A stretch of DNA of 51,355 nucleotides from a virus (lineage: Duplodnaviria; Caudoviricetes), in the IMG/VR virus record IMGVR_UViG_3300043540_000524, positions 1 through 51,355 of that record. One strand, 5' to 3'. Positions 28,909 to 37,449 of this stretch are shown one piece after another. The notes under the pieces were generated by a model that worked only from the letters and a program-made list of their open reading frames with translations, searched no databases and had not been told where the DNA came from. The position numbers and the translations under genes were made by a program. Numbering within the stretch: the stretch's first letter is position 1; every line of letters starts with the position of its first letter.

Positions 28909-30298
28909 ACTCTTCTTGATATTTTTGAATTTCGTGCTCTTCCATTTTACGAGCCTCTTCTTTCCAATAATCCTCAGAGCCGTATTTGAAAGAGGGTTTT
29001 ATAGCTGTTTCTAGAAAGGCATTGGCGACTTTAAATGCATATAAGACCGCATCCGCAATATCACTATGAAACCTCTTACTCACTACCAATTTATCGGGGG
29101 TGGATTTATCATAATCATATTCCATTTTGGAAGCGTCTTGCGCGAACCTAGACGTTGTGCCCGCCTTAAATTTACCCGTTCTCAAATAGTCATTAAGAAG
29201 GGCGATATTTTCTGCTTTCCTAACTTTATCGGCAGCCTCAACAGGAATTTGAAATCTTCTTTTGAACTCCTCTTCAATCTTCTTACCAAGAGCCCCTGCA
29301 TCCATTACAATCTTATATGGATTATATCTAGAGCGCATTCTCTCAATATCTTGAGCAAGGGCGGAGATATCTTGCTTTCTTGTAATCTTCTCTTCCACAA
29401 GATAAATGTCTTTCGATCCCTGTGCATATCCTAGAATTGCGAGGGCGTCCGCATCCTTATACCCAATATCCACCCCTAGAATGTAGTGTGTGAGTTGCGG
29501 GAGCTTTTCAAACCCATTTATTATAGGATCATAGTGAATTACTAAAGAATCAGAATCTAGTACCCATTCTCCAAAGTATTCTCTTCTAATAGATGGGTGG
29601 TCTCTAGTAACCCCTCTCTTTTTTAGTTCCGCTTGCAAGAGAGCTTCATGGGTTTTACCTGAAAGGGACTCAATAAACTTATTATCAAAATAGGTCCAGT
29701 GGTGGCGTGACCACTCCTGCTGTGGGTTTGTGCAGGCGTCGTAAAAGAATCCCGCCGGTATAGGGCCGGGGGTTCCTGTTATAATGAGAGAGCCATCTAG
29801 ATCCAAGAGAGCGGGAGAAATTACATCGTTGATAAGAGATGTGATGTAGTCGGGGAAGGCCTGTAGTTCGTCAATGAAGGCTTTCTTAAGGCGCATTATA
29901 CCCCTGAACTTCTCAATCTCAGTCTTATCGTGGGCGCCTGATATGTAGATCTTACTGTCGTTAGGAAAAGTAAAGCTCAATTCTGTTTCGTTTGTTTTAC
30001 CGCCAAGTTGGAATTCCCTATTATATTGTCTAAGAACAGGCCACAATATCATCTTGGCATGGGCACGAGAGGTTGTTATATAGAGTTGATTGCAGTTTGG
30101 GAATTGGGAGGCTGTTATAAGGAGTTCCAAACCTTCCGCGACTGACTTCCCCGATCTACGAGAACAGATGGCCAATTTATATTTACTTGTGTCCTCGATG
30201 AATGCTTTTTGTTTGGGAAAGCAAAGCACATCTAAATCAATTCGTTTAGTTGATCGTTTAGAGAGCTCTGTAATTACTTTTTTAAGTTTTTTTGACAC
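28865..30298 (-). CDS. terL: Terminase large subunit
   Basis: Walker A SRRSGKS, Walker B AFIDE, motif III TGTP, nuclease GVDIG and HSDIADA. Confidence 0.93.
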   Translation of the reverse strand: MSKKLKKVITELSKRSTKRIDLDVLCFPKQKAFIEDTSKYKLAICSRRSGKSVAEGLELLITASQFPNCNQLYITTSRAHAKMILWPVLRQYNREFQLGGKTNETELSFTFPNDSKIYISGAHDKTEIEKFRGIMRLKKAFIDELQAFPDYITSLINDVISPALLDLDGSLIITGTPGPIPAGFFYDACTNPQQEWSRHHWTYFDNKFIESLSGKTHEALLQAELKKRGVTRDHPSIRREYFGEWVLDSDSLVIHYDPIINGFEKLPQLTHYILGVDIGYKDADALAILGYAQGSKDIYLVEEKITRKQDISALAQDIERMRSRYNPYKIVMDAGALGKKIEEEFKRRFQIPVEAADKVRKAENIALLNDYLRTGKFKAGTTSRFAQDASKMEYDYDKSTPDKLVVSKRFHSDIADAVLYAFKVANAFLETAIKPSFKYGSEDYWKEEARKMEEHEIQKYQEESNQMPDLWDEFYKN

Positions 30299-30707
30299 TG
30301 ATTGGCCACACTGGAATTATGTTTACATTTCTAGAATATTTCTTTATTTCGTATTTAGACTTTGCACTCTTAAGGGGGACTTCGAATCCTATTTTCCACC
30401 CCCCTGCAAATTTACCATAATTCTCCCAGCACATCTCAGGGAGGAACTTGGCCTCAATATCCTTCTTAAATCTCCTATCTTTCTTAGAAAGACGCGTTCT
30501 CTTTTCTATCTGATACTCTTTAATCCTCCGAATGCGCATTAGTATCTGGTGGAGGGCGGATCTTATCTCTTTGTGATAGGGATTACTTTTCCTTTGCTTA
30601 CTGTAATAGGCACGCATCTTGTAGCGTATCAAAGGTAGGATTCTCTCTTGGCGAATCTTCTCCCATACAGTGTCATTGTGCCCTGGTTTACGGCTTATCT
30701 TTGCCAC
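30282..30707 (-). CDS. Degenerate HNH-like basic protein
   Basis: MCWENYG...WKIGFEVP...NIIPVW recalls the MxWxNYG..WHIDHIxP..NLQPLW HNH family but lacks the DH residues. Confidence 0.5.
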   Translation of the reverse strand: MAKISRKPGHNDTVWEKIRQERILPLIRYKMRAYYSKQRKSNPYHKEIRSALHQILMRIRRIKEYQIEKRTRLSKKDRRFKKDIEAKFLPEMCWENYGKFAGGWKIGFEVPLKSAKSKYEIKKYSRNVNIIPVWPISVKKT

Positions 30708-30903
30708 TAGCTACAACCATAGCCTTGATGTTTCCGTTTGGAATAATTACTTCCCCGTCTCCACACAAAACAGTTAAGTGCCCATCTTCGTAAAACATCT
30801 CAATGTCGTTACGTCTGTGCACATTTAATTGTGTTTCTGCCGCAATGTAAGGAGGGGCTTGGACCGCATTAATAAAGGACACAACTACGATTTTCTTTTT
30901 CAA
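30688..30903 (-). CDS. Hypothetical protein
   Basis: 71 aa, overlapping neighbours. Confidence 0.5.
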   Translation of the reverse strand: MKKKIVVVSFINAVQAPPYIAAETQLNVHRRNDIEMFYEDGHLTVLCGDGEVIIPNGNIKAMVVASGKDKP

Positions 30904-31121
30904 TTTTTACTTCCTTCTGTAATTGTTTTAGCCGCATCTGACTCGGAAACCATCTCCCAAGCCTGTTCTGCAGCCCTAAATAAGGCCAAACGGGAATTAG
31001 CAAGACTAACCTCAATCTCTCTTGTAAAAGAAGAGGTATCGTGCCATTTCTTAAGGAGTCTTTCGGTGGTTACAGACGCCTGTACCAATTTCAAAACTAT
31101 ATCTAATTGCTCTTGTGTCAT
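30900..31121 (-). CDS. Hypothetical protein
   Basis: 73 aa, AGGA RBS. Confidence 0.55.
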   Translation of the reverse strand: MTQEQLDIVLKLVQASVTTERLLKKWHDTSSFTREIEVSLANSRLALFRAAEQAWEMVSESDAAKTITEGSKN

Positions 31122-31123
31122 AG

Positions 31124-31573
31124 TTATCCTATAAAGTAAGGGTTATACTGCAGCCCTTTGATTTTATAAAGGAGTCGAACCCCTAGTTTTGTTAAATGAG
31201 AACAATAAAGCTCTTTATCCCCAGTATCCCCTAAAAAAGAAACCAGGAGGCGACCCACGCCTTTTTTACGGTAGGCGGGCTTAACATACAGATAATGAAT
31301 GACACTAACCGTAGGTCCTCCCTCGTGAGATAGGAAGCCCAGGATTACATCCGGCTTATCTTCGAATACCGCAACATAGGAGGAGCGGCAAGCCCTGCCC
31401 AGAAGGCGTTTTAAAAGCAAATGGTGATACTTAAAGTAGATGGAATTACTGACGTGCTTTGTGAAATCTGCACTGCCGTGGTAATAGTTATTAAGCCAAG
31501 AGGAGATAACAAAGTTATGATCTATATCGTGATCATAAGGTCGAACAATAACTACTTTATCCCCTAACTGCAT
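31124..31573 (-). CDS. GNAT acetyltransferase
   Basis: HYLYVKPAYRKKGVGRLL acetyl-CoA-binding motif A. Confidence 0.85.
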   Translation of the reverse strand: MQLGDKVVIVRPYDHDIDHNFVISSWLNNYYHGSADFTKHVSNSIYFKYHHLLLKRLLGRACRSSYVAVFEDKPDVILGFLSHEGGPTVSVIHYLYVKPAYRKKGVGRLLVSFLGDTGDKELYCSHLTKLGVRLLYKIKGLQYNPYFIG

Positions 31574-31990
31574 TTACCTACTAGCCCCATTTTTATTGAC
31601 TTCGTGAATCCAATTTTTAAACTCTTTTTTAAGTCTTGTCAAAATACTGTTAACCCGACTAACTCTTTGCTTCAGAGAAGCCCTTATCATAGGATCTAGA
31701 ACAATATCGATTGTATATAGACCTTCTGAGTGTAATTCCCATATTCTTTTATCCAATTCATTCTGGAATTTGTATTCATGAAGAAATATTCCAGCACTAC
31801 GATAGTATTCATAGGTATCTTGGTGGAGTTGGACAGAGTAATTAAATGCTATGTCTTTTGTTGGGTGCAGGGCTTTCGGTTGCATTAATCCGTTTTTCAT
31901 GTGTTCTAGATCGTTAAAGCCGGATCTCTTTAACTCCGAGTACCAAAACTTCTGTAGCTCTTTAAAACTAGGTTGTTTCTTTTTCCCCAT
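31574..31990 (-). CDS. Hypothetical protein, possible C-terminal HTH
   Basis: WYSELKRSGFNDLE; IWELHSEG... Confidence 0.55.
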   Translation of the reverse strand: MGKKKQPSFKELQKFWYSELKRSGFNDLEHMKNGLMQPKALHPTKDIAFNYSVQLHQDTYEYYRSAGIFLHEYKFQNELDKRIWELHSEGLYTIDIVLDPMIRASLKQRVSRVNSILTRLKKEFKNWIHEVNKNGASR

Positions 31991-32318
31991 TAATAGGGAC
32001 CACGTTATTCTCTGTAACTTCAGGTTTAGTTTCTTCTGCAGCTTTCTTTGCTGCCTCTTCTTCTTTTCGCTCTTTTTTAGCTTTTTGAATCACTGCGAAG
32101 AGGTGTTGGTTAAAAATCAGGCGGCGTATTGCCGCTCCCAATCGCTCCGGGTCAAATGAGTCGGCGTCCGCTTGTTCGTGCTGAAGCATTCCAGCTGCTA
32201 GTTCACGCATGGAGGCATTTACTTCCAACTTTTGCGAAACTAGAAAGTCATCAATTTGTTTAGCTACTGATTCAGCAGTTTGAGCGACCTTAGTTCTTTT
32301 AGAAGAAAAGAAAATCAT
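31968..32318 (-). CDS. Hypothetical protein
   Basis: 116 aa, GAGG RBS. Confidence 0.55.
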   Translation of the reverse strand: MIFFSSKRTKVAQTAESVAKQIDDFLVSQKLEVNASMRELAAGMLQHEQADADSFDPERLGAAIRRLIFNQHLFAVIQKAKKERKEEEAAKKAAEETKPEVTENNVVPINGEKETT

Positions 32319-32439
32319 TTTTTTACAAACCTCAGGTTAATAATTAATAGTAGTACTGCGACAGGAAATATAAATAGTGCAGACAACACTAATATTAGTT
32401 TACTGCCTTTGTACATAAAACCCATTATTTAGATGCCTC

Positions 32440-32634
32440 CTAGGCAAATAGTTTTTCTAACAAGTTCAGCAGTTGTTTAATGGAAGTAGCTACGTAGCTT
32501 TTTCCCGCGACAAAAATAGAAACACTAGTAGGAGTATTAACGATATAGCTATTAACGTTATTGTACCAATTGATAGGCTTAATATTTCCCGCCGTAGCTA
32601 AGTCAATCAATCCGTTTGCAGGTTTATCACTCAT
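32440..32634 (-). CDS. Hypothetical protein
   Basis: 64 aa, ATGA overlap. Confidence 0.5.
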   Translation of the reverse strand: MSDKPANGLIDLATAGNIKPINWYNNVNSYIVNTPTSVSIFVAGKSYVATSIKQLLNLLEKLFA

Positions 32635-32894
32635 GCTTTTGGTTCCTCTGCAGCGGGGGCGGGTGCCTCTGCTGCTGCGGCTTCTTTACCTTGTTTTGCA
32701 AGGTCTGTAAGCTGAGCAAAGAGGGTTTCAATGTCTTGTCCGAGGAGGCGAGATCGCAAGATCGCATCCCCCAATTGTGCACATTTTTGACCATATTGTT
32801 GTTTAAGTTCGTCTTGAGTCATTGTATTTACCTTTCGTAATTGTCCACTTGCTTCCGCAAGTCGGAGCCGTTTAGTATTAGAATATTTTGACAT
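32631..32894 (-). CDS. Hypothetical coiled-coil protein
   Basis: 87 aa; start may be the internal Met (MTQDELK). Confidence 0.55.
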   Translation of the reverse strand: MSKYSNTKRLRLAEASGQLRKVNTMTQDELKQQYGQKCAQLGDAILRSRLLGQDIETLFAQLTDLAKQGKEAAAAEAPAPAAEEPKA

Positions 32895-33349
32895 TAAAAC
32901 TTCACTCCTAGCATAATACCCACTTGAGGAGAGGTGGTTGCCTGCACCCCGATGGTAATGGGACCTAAGAATTGACGATTGATGTAACCACCGTAGCTAT
33001 AATTACCACTATGAAAATCGTATACAGCAAGAGCACCGACGCTGAGATAATTTTTATCGTAGTCTGTTTCTCGGCTCGAGCTTTCATCTTTTTCTGTTTT
33101 CTCTTGTGTGCTAGAGATACTATTTTCGACATTGTTATCCTTAATTAAAGTAATGGTTGTTCCGTCTGGCTTTTTAGTGATAATAGTAACGGTATTGTCT
33201 TTCTTTTTAACCGACGTATTGGTAACTACCTGAGTAACCGTCTTAATCTCAGTCTTTGTTATAATCTTAGCAGGAAGAGAGTAATAACCTATTGCTATCC
33301 CCACAACCAAAGAAACGACGATACTAATTATTGTGTTTTTAATACTCAT
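32894..33349 (-). CDS. Membrane-anchored protein, spanin-like candidate
   Basis: N-terminal TM, Thr/Lys-rich stalk, C-terminal amphipathic beta strands ending GVKF. Confidence 0.5.
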   Translation of the reverse strand: MSIKNTIISIVVSLVVGIAIGYYSLPAKIITKTEIKTVTQVVTNTSVKKKDNTVTIITKKPDGTTITLIKDNNVENSISSTQEKTEKDESSSRETDYDKNYLSVGALAVYDFHSGNYSYGGYINRQFLGPITIGVQATTSPQVGIMLGVKF

Positions 33350-33591
33350 TTTTGTGATATGAGCTTCTTAGCTTCTGCTTCCAATTCTTCTTTACTCATT
33401 TTGTTAAGCTTCTCTGCCTCTTCATCTGGTTGTGATTCTAATTCTTTTAAAGCCTTGATGTACGCTACTAGGTCTCTTGCTGGACCTGGATCTAACTTAC
33501 CCCTGGCAACTAGGACGAAGATGTGTTTTAAATCTCTTCGGAGGGACTCAGTAGCCGACTCCATAAGTGTATTTAGTAAATCTTTATCCAT
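33346..33591 (-). CDS. Hypothetical helical protein (possible small terminase), probably leaderless
   Basis: ATG at 33591 lies 7 nt downstream of a -10 box; first gene of the operon leading to TerL. Confidence 0.45.
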   Translation of the reverse strand: MDKDLLNTLMESATESLRRDLKHIFVLVARGKLDPGPARDLVAYIKALKELESQPDEEAEKLNKMSKEELEAEAKKLISQK

Positions 33592-33598
33592 ATACTGC

Positions 33599-33627
33599 AT
33601 ACTAGCAACTGCCTGTACTGTTGTCAA
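33599..33627 (-). promoter_or_regulatory. Sigma70 promoter
   Basis: TTGACA-17-TAGTAT with TGn extension. Confidence 0.75.
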
Positions 33628-33654
33628 GTGGTATTTTAATAAACTTGTGTAGCA

Positions 33655-34003
33655 TAGTAGTTGCGGGAATAGCACACCAATAGAGGCGGTACTATATACC
33701 TGCCTCAGCGTGTGTGGGGCTTGTGGGGCGATCGTTTATTACCATCTGTACCCTCTTGTTTGTACCGTTTTTAATACAGACAGTAATAAAGCTGTTCTTC
33801 CCTTTTCTCTTGTCCCCTAAAACAATCTCTTTTTTGGTAGGGTGTGCTAGCCTACCGGGCGGCCAGAGGTGTCTCAGGTGGCATGTGCCTCGCCCGCGCA
33901 TCTTATGTATTTAATGCGGGGCCAACTTTCGCTAAACCGAGGATTTCGATTTACTTTCAGTCTTTATAATAAAGCGGGGAAGACTGCTTAGAAGAAACCC
34001 GCT
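33655..34003 (-). ncRNA. Candidate ~350-nt structured RNA with pseudoknots
   Basis: Has its own promoter (34010-34038), a series of hairpins and loop-distal complementarities, and ends before the next promoter. Confidence 0.55.
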
Positions 34004-34009
34004 AGGTAC

Positions 34010-34038
34010 ATCTTAACAGAAGGGGGCGAATAAAACAA
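34010..34038 (-). promoter_or_regulatory. Sigma70 extended -10 promoter
   Basis: TTGTTT-17-TAAGAT with TGn; back-to-back with a plus-strand TGcTAAGAT at 34060-34068. Confidence 0.6.
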
Positions 34039-34074
34039 GGTAGTTTTTTGTAAAAGGTGTGCTAAGATATGAGG

Positions 34075-34176
34075 ATGTCCAGTTATAAAATGAATAAGAG
34101 CGATTGGTACGACATATATAACCTAATAGCAATTGCAATTATATTGGCAATAGTGTATGCCTTGAGGTATCTATGA
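34075..34176 (+). CDS. Small TM peptide (33 aa)
   Basis: ATG 6 nt after TAAGAT; hydrophobic C-half; followed by a second small TM ORF at 34173-34334. Confidence 0.4.
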   Translation: MSSYKMNKSDWYDIYNLIAIAIILAIVYALRYL

Positions 34177-34335
34177 CGTTCCTTTCGTACCTTGTAAACG
34201 AAACAATACAAGGAGTTAGGTATATGACCCGCTACCTAGCCCTGCTACTCGCCTTGTCAATCAGAAACATAGCCAGAAACTGGGAACTATTATTATATAT
34301 TGTAATTGGGATTATAATAGGGTATTATTTATAGT

Positions 34336-34542
34336 ATGTTTTTCTTTAAATGTCCTAGACAAAACTGTGATTTACTCTTTCCCACTCTGGATGAAGCTAC
34401 TAATCATTCTGAGACAGAGCAGCATTGTGCCATCTGCAATCTTTCGTACAGAAAACCAGTTACCCCCGTCAATATAAACAAAGTTTGTGATGAGTGTAGA
34501 TCTGACCTAAATAGAAATGATAGGAGGACAACTACAAAATGA
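34336..34542 (+). CDS. Small zinc-finger protein
   Basis: C-x4-C...F...H, CAIC, CDEC. Confidence 0.55.
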   Translation: MFFFKCPRQNCDLLFPTLDEATNHSETEQHCAICNLSYRKPVTPVNINKVCDECRSDLNRNDRRTTTK

Positions 34543-34829
34543 GTTCAATGGAAGAAAAATCAAAGAAGCTAGACTATTCCCTTTTGCCTCCTGAGCCTAT
34601 CGAGTCCGTGGTCAGGGTGCTTATGGCAGGGGCTAAAAAGCATTCGGATAACGATTGGAAAAACTATCCAGACCCTAAAGTATACTTGAATGCTTTGGAA
34701 AGACATTTAGCAGAGGTTAAAAAGGGGAATATAATTGATCCAGAGTTTGGGGAAAGCCATTACTCGCACATGCTCTGCTGTCTAATATTCTTGGAGTGGT
34801 TTAGGATAAAAGAAAGGAGCAACAAGTGA
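34539..34829 (+). CDS. DUF5664-like dATP/dGTP diphosphohydrolase domain protein
   Basis: KLDYSLLP...VRVLMAGAKKH...W...ALERHL...DPEFGESHYSH. Confidence 0.8.
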   Translation: MSSMEEKSKKLDYSLLPPEPIESVVRVLMAGAKKHSDNDWKNYPDPKVYLNALERHLAEVKKGNIIDPEFGESHYSHMLCCLIFLEWFRIKERSNK

Positions 34830-34990
34830 GGTACCTACTCATTGTATCAAATATTGCCTGTTTTGTTTATAATGTAAAAACCTGCAGCAGGCTAACAGGA
34901 CAAAAGCAATTTATTATGGCCATGATCCATGGGGTTGTAGGGCTTATTAACCTAGCCGTTGCCTTAATTTTGATTGGATGAGGATGAACT

Positions 34991-35572
34991 ATGAACACAA
35001 GTAACCATAGAGAAGTAGAGAAGAAATTTACAATCGTCGGTCTCTTACTAGACGATGTGTATGAGATCATTATGAACTATTTGCCGGCGTCCTTAATTAA
35101 GGGTTATATCAATCCTTGCGAGACCACAGATTTCTACTGGAAAGCCCCAGAGAACAGCGAGATACAGTTTGTGAGGTTGCGGGATTCTTGGGGCATTGGG
35201 AGCGATGGATTTAGTCGCCAGCTACAAGAAATTACGGTGAAGGCCAAGGATAACAATAATAATGTGGACCGATTAGAGCTTAACCTTGGTATTAAAGAGC
35301 CGAAAGAAGCAAAGATGATCCTTAATCTTTTATTCGGACCTTCCTATTCCATCAAGAAAGAAGAGATTGTCCTTTTTATCCGGGAAGTTGGGGCCTCTTC
35401 AGAAGTGGTGATTAGCTTGGCACAAGTGAATAATAAGGCCCCTATTTATCTTGAGATTGAAGCAAAGAACGAAGAAATAATTGATTTATATGTTGCAAAA
35501 TTAGAGAAAAAGTTTAAATTTAAGCAAGAGATGAAATCAATGTATGAAATTTACATAGAGAGTAAGTTGTAA
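34991..35572 (+). CDS. CYTH (triphosphate tunnel metalloenzyme) family protein
   Basis: EVEKKF (ExExK), D-x-Y, VRLR, ITVK, YLEIE. Confidence 0.75.
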   Translation: MNTSNHREVEKKFTIVGLLLDDVYEIIMNYLPASLIKGYINPCETTDFYWKAPENSEIQFVRLRDSWGIGSDGFSRQLQEITVKAKDNNNNVDRLELNLGIKEPKEAKMILNLLFGPSYSIKKEEIVLFIREVGASSEVVISLAQVNNKAPIYLEIEAKNEEIIDLYVAKLEKKFKFKQEMKSMYEIYIESKL

Positions 35573-35573
35573 A

Positions 35574-36509
35574 ATGGATATTATAGGAGCAATTAAGAGA
35601 TATTTTGAGGAGTTTAAATCCCCACGTTTTCGTGAAAGAAGGGAGCACTATGCCTCTTCTATCATGAGCGACCTTAGGGACCAATACTGGACCATGATCG
35701 GGGAACCAGAGACAAACCCCTCCGACACTGTCGGTAGGATGAAAATGTTTCTTGGAAATGCAATAGAAAAAGGGCTTAAGGATGAAATTTTTAATAACCT
35801 GCATTTCTTTGGCCTCCATTTACTTGGTGCTCAGATCCCTGCTGGACTGGACAATCCGAGTTTTAATATGTATTTCGATTTGGCGATTCGAGAAAGAGAA
35901 GGAAGTAAATGGGGGAAAAAATACGTAGTGGAGGTTAAGACCAAGAGCGGTATCGGTGCCGACATGTTCATGAAGAGCTTTGATCCAGGCGACGCCTACA
36001 TGGCCCAAATGGCCCTCTACCTCCATACAGCGCACTTGAAAGGGTTTACTGATGAGGGAGTTTTTATTTTTGTTCCTCTTAGTAATGATAGTATTGGGGA
36101 CCTTGTTGCTATTTACTGTAAATATGATGAGACCACTAGAAGCATTACTGCCTATCGGGCCTCTACCCTCAACGGTAAAAACAAAGAAATAAACTATAGC
36201 TTTTGTGTTGACGTTGCTATAAATCGTGCTAAACTCATTGATAGGGCGGTTCTTGAAAAAGTGGTCCCAAGAACAGAATTTACTTACAAATTCCCCGTTA
36301 CCGAGGAAGCACTTGAAAAAGTGTCTGATAAGCAGCTAGAAAGAGCCGCAAATGGGGAAATTGTCCTAGGGGACTGGCAGCCAAAATATTCTAGATATAA
36401 AGATAAAGCTTTGAAAGAGGACGGCATTGATCCTGGATACTCTGAGAAAGAATTGCAGCTTTTAAAAGAAATGTATAAACGAAGACACCCAAAAAGTAAG
36501 AAATTTTAA
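35574..36509 (+). CDS. PD-(D/E)XK / Cas4-like exonuclease
   Basis: YASSI...R, D...VVEVKT, AQMALY. Confidence 0.75.
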   Translation: MDIIGAIKRYFEEFKSPRFRERREHYASSIMSDLRDQYWTMIGEPETNPSDTVGRMKMFLGNAIEKGLKDEIFNNLHFFGLHLLGAQIPAGLDNPSFNMYFDLAIREREGSKWGKKYVVEVKTKSGIGADMFMKSFDPGDAYMAQMALYLHTAHLKGFTDEGVFIFVPLSNDSIGDLVAIYCKYDETTRSITAYRASTLNGKNKEINYSFCVDVAINRAKLIDRAVLEKVVPRTEFTYKFPVTEEALEKVSDKQLERAANGEIVLGDWQPKYSRYKDKALKEDGIDPGYSEKELQLLKEMYKRRHPKSKKF

Positions 36510-36525
36510 CAAAAGGAGAGAAAAA

Positions 36526-37002
36526 ATGAATAAGAGAGCAACAGCAAGTAAACTAGACGGATATGAAATGGTAGGCAAGCCTGCAAATACAGGAAAACGG
36601 GAGAAAAAACCCATTATTGCCTATTATCAAACCAATGAAAATAAGTCTAACCACCCTAAAGTGCGTGTTTTAAAACCAGGGGATGAGATAGTGGGTACTT
36701 ATGTCCACACTTTTGTTGACAAAGGAGAAGATGGGGAAAAGGATAAGTTAAATTATCTCATTGAAACCTCTAAAGGCAATGTCACGGTTAAAGGGTATAC
36801 GGTCCTCAATGACCGCATGATGCTTGTTACGCGCAACACCCCGGTTCGCATTGTATATGTCGGAGTCGGTGAGTCTTCTAAAAAAGGACGTAAACCTCCA
36901 TTTCTATTTGAAGTGTATCGTCAAAAGGCCTCCGATCTTCAGGATACCTCGGATTTAGATACTGAAAGTGATGATTCTGAAGATGAGAATGATCCCTTTT
37001 AA
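36526..37002 (+). CDS. Single-stranded DNA-binding protein
   Basis: OB-like beta pattern; acidic tail ending DENDPF; replication context. Confidence 0.65.
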   Translation: MNKRATASKLDGYEMVGKPANTGKREKKPIIAYYQTNENKSNHPKVRVLKPGDEIVGTYVHTFVDKGEDGEKDKLNYLIETSKGNVTVKGYTVLNDRMMLVTRNTPVRIVYVGVGESSKKGRKPPFLFEVYRQKASDLQDTSDLDTESDDSEDENDPF

Positions 37003-37048
37003 AAAGCTCCTCCTGGTCCCTTGGTCCCTCAGCTAGGGGATCCCTTGG

Positions 37049-37083
37049 CGCCACAGCAAGGATTAATCTGTGGCATCTTTTTA
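37049..37083 (+). terminator. Possible intrinsic terminator after SSB
   Basis: GCCACAG-11 nt-CTGTGGC followed by ATCTTTTT. Confidence 0.45.
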
Positions 37084-37110
37084 ATTTATAGAAAGGAGGA
37101 GAAACTCTCT

Positions 37111-37449
37111 ATGAATGCTTCTAGAGAACTTGTTAACTATTTTTGTTCCAATTGGAAAAAGAAATATAGCCTTCCTTACGTTCCAAATCTACACAGAGAT
37201 CCTCAAATATTTGATGACCTATTGCAAGAGTTCTCTTCTGATTCTATAAAGAGGATGATTTCTTTCTATCTTTTTCATTTAGAAAGTATGTTTGCAGAAG
37301 AAGGGGGGCATACGCTGGGTATTTTTAGAGCTATGCTTCCCACTGTGATTGCACAGATGAAAAAAGCAGAGAAATTAGAAGAAGAAGCAAAAGCAGCAAA
37401 TAAAACCGACTACCTAAGACTTATTCAGAAGAGAAAAGAAACCAAATGA
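37111..37449 (+). CDS. Helical protein upstream of helicase (initiator/loader-like)
   Basis: AGGAGG RBS, ATG at 37111, ATGA overlap with the helicase. Confidence 0.5.
   Translation: MNASRELVNYFCSNWKKKYSLPYVPNLHRDPQIFDDLLQEFSSDSIKRMISFYLFHLESMFAEEGGHTLGIFRAMLPTVIAQMKKAEKLEEEAKAANKTDYLRLIQKRKETK

Noticed and set aside
33692-33901. 69 aa ORF, and likewise the 65 aa ORF at 19581-19778
   Set aside because: No RBS or protein-like features; both overlap strongly base-paired regions better explained as RNA.
33925-33965. Hammerhead ribozyme (CTGA...stem...GAAA on the minus strand)
   Set aside because: The core reads CUGAAAG rather than CUGANGA, and I could not place stems I and III.
34539-34829. 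Z-genome (2-aminoadenine) or 7-deazaguanine system
   Set aside because: No PurZ, DatZ, QueC/D/E, FolE or DpdA-like ORFs recognised.
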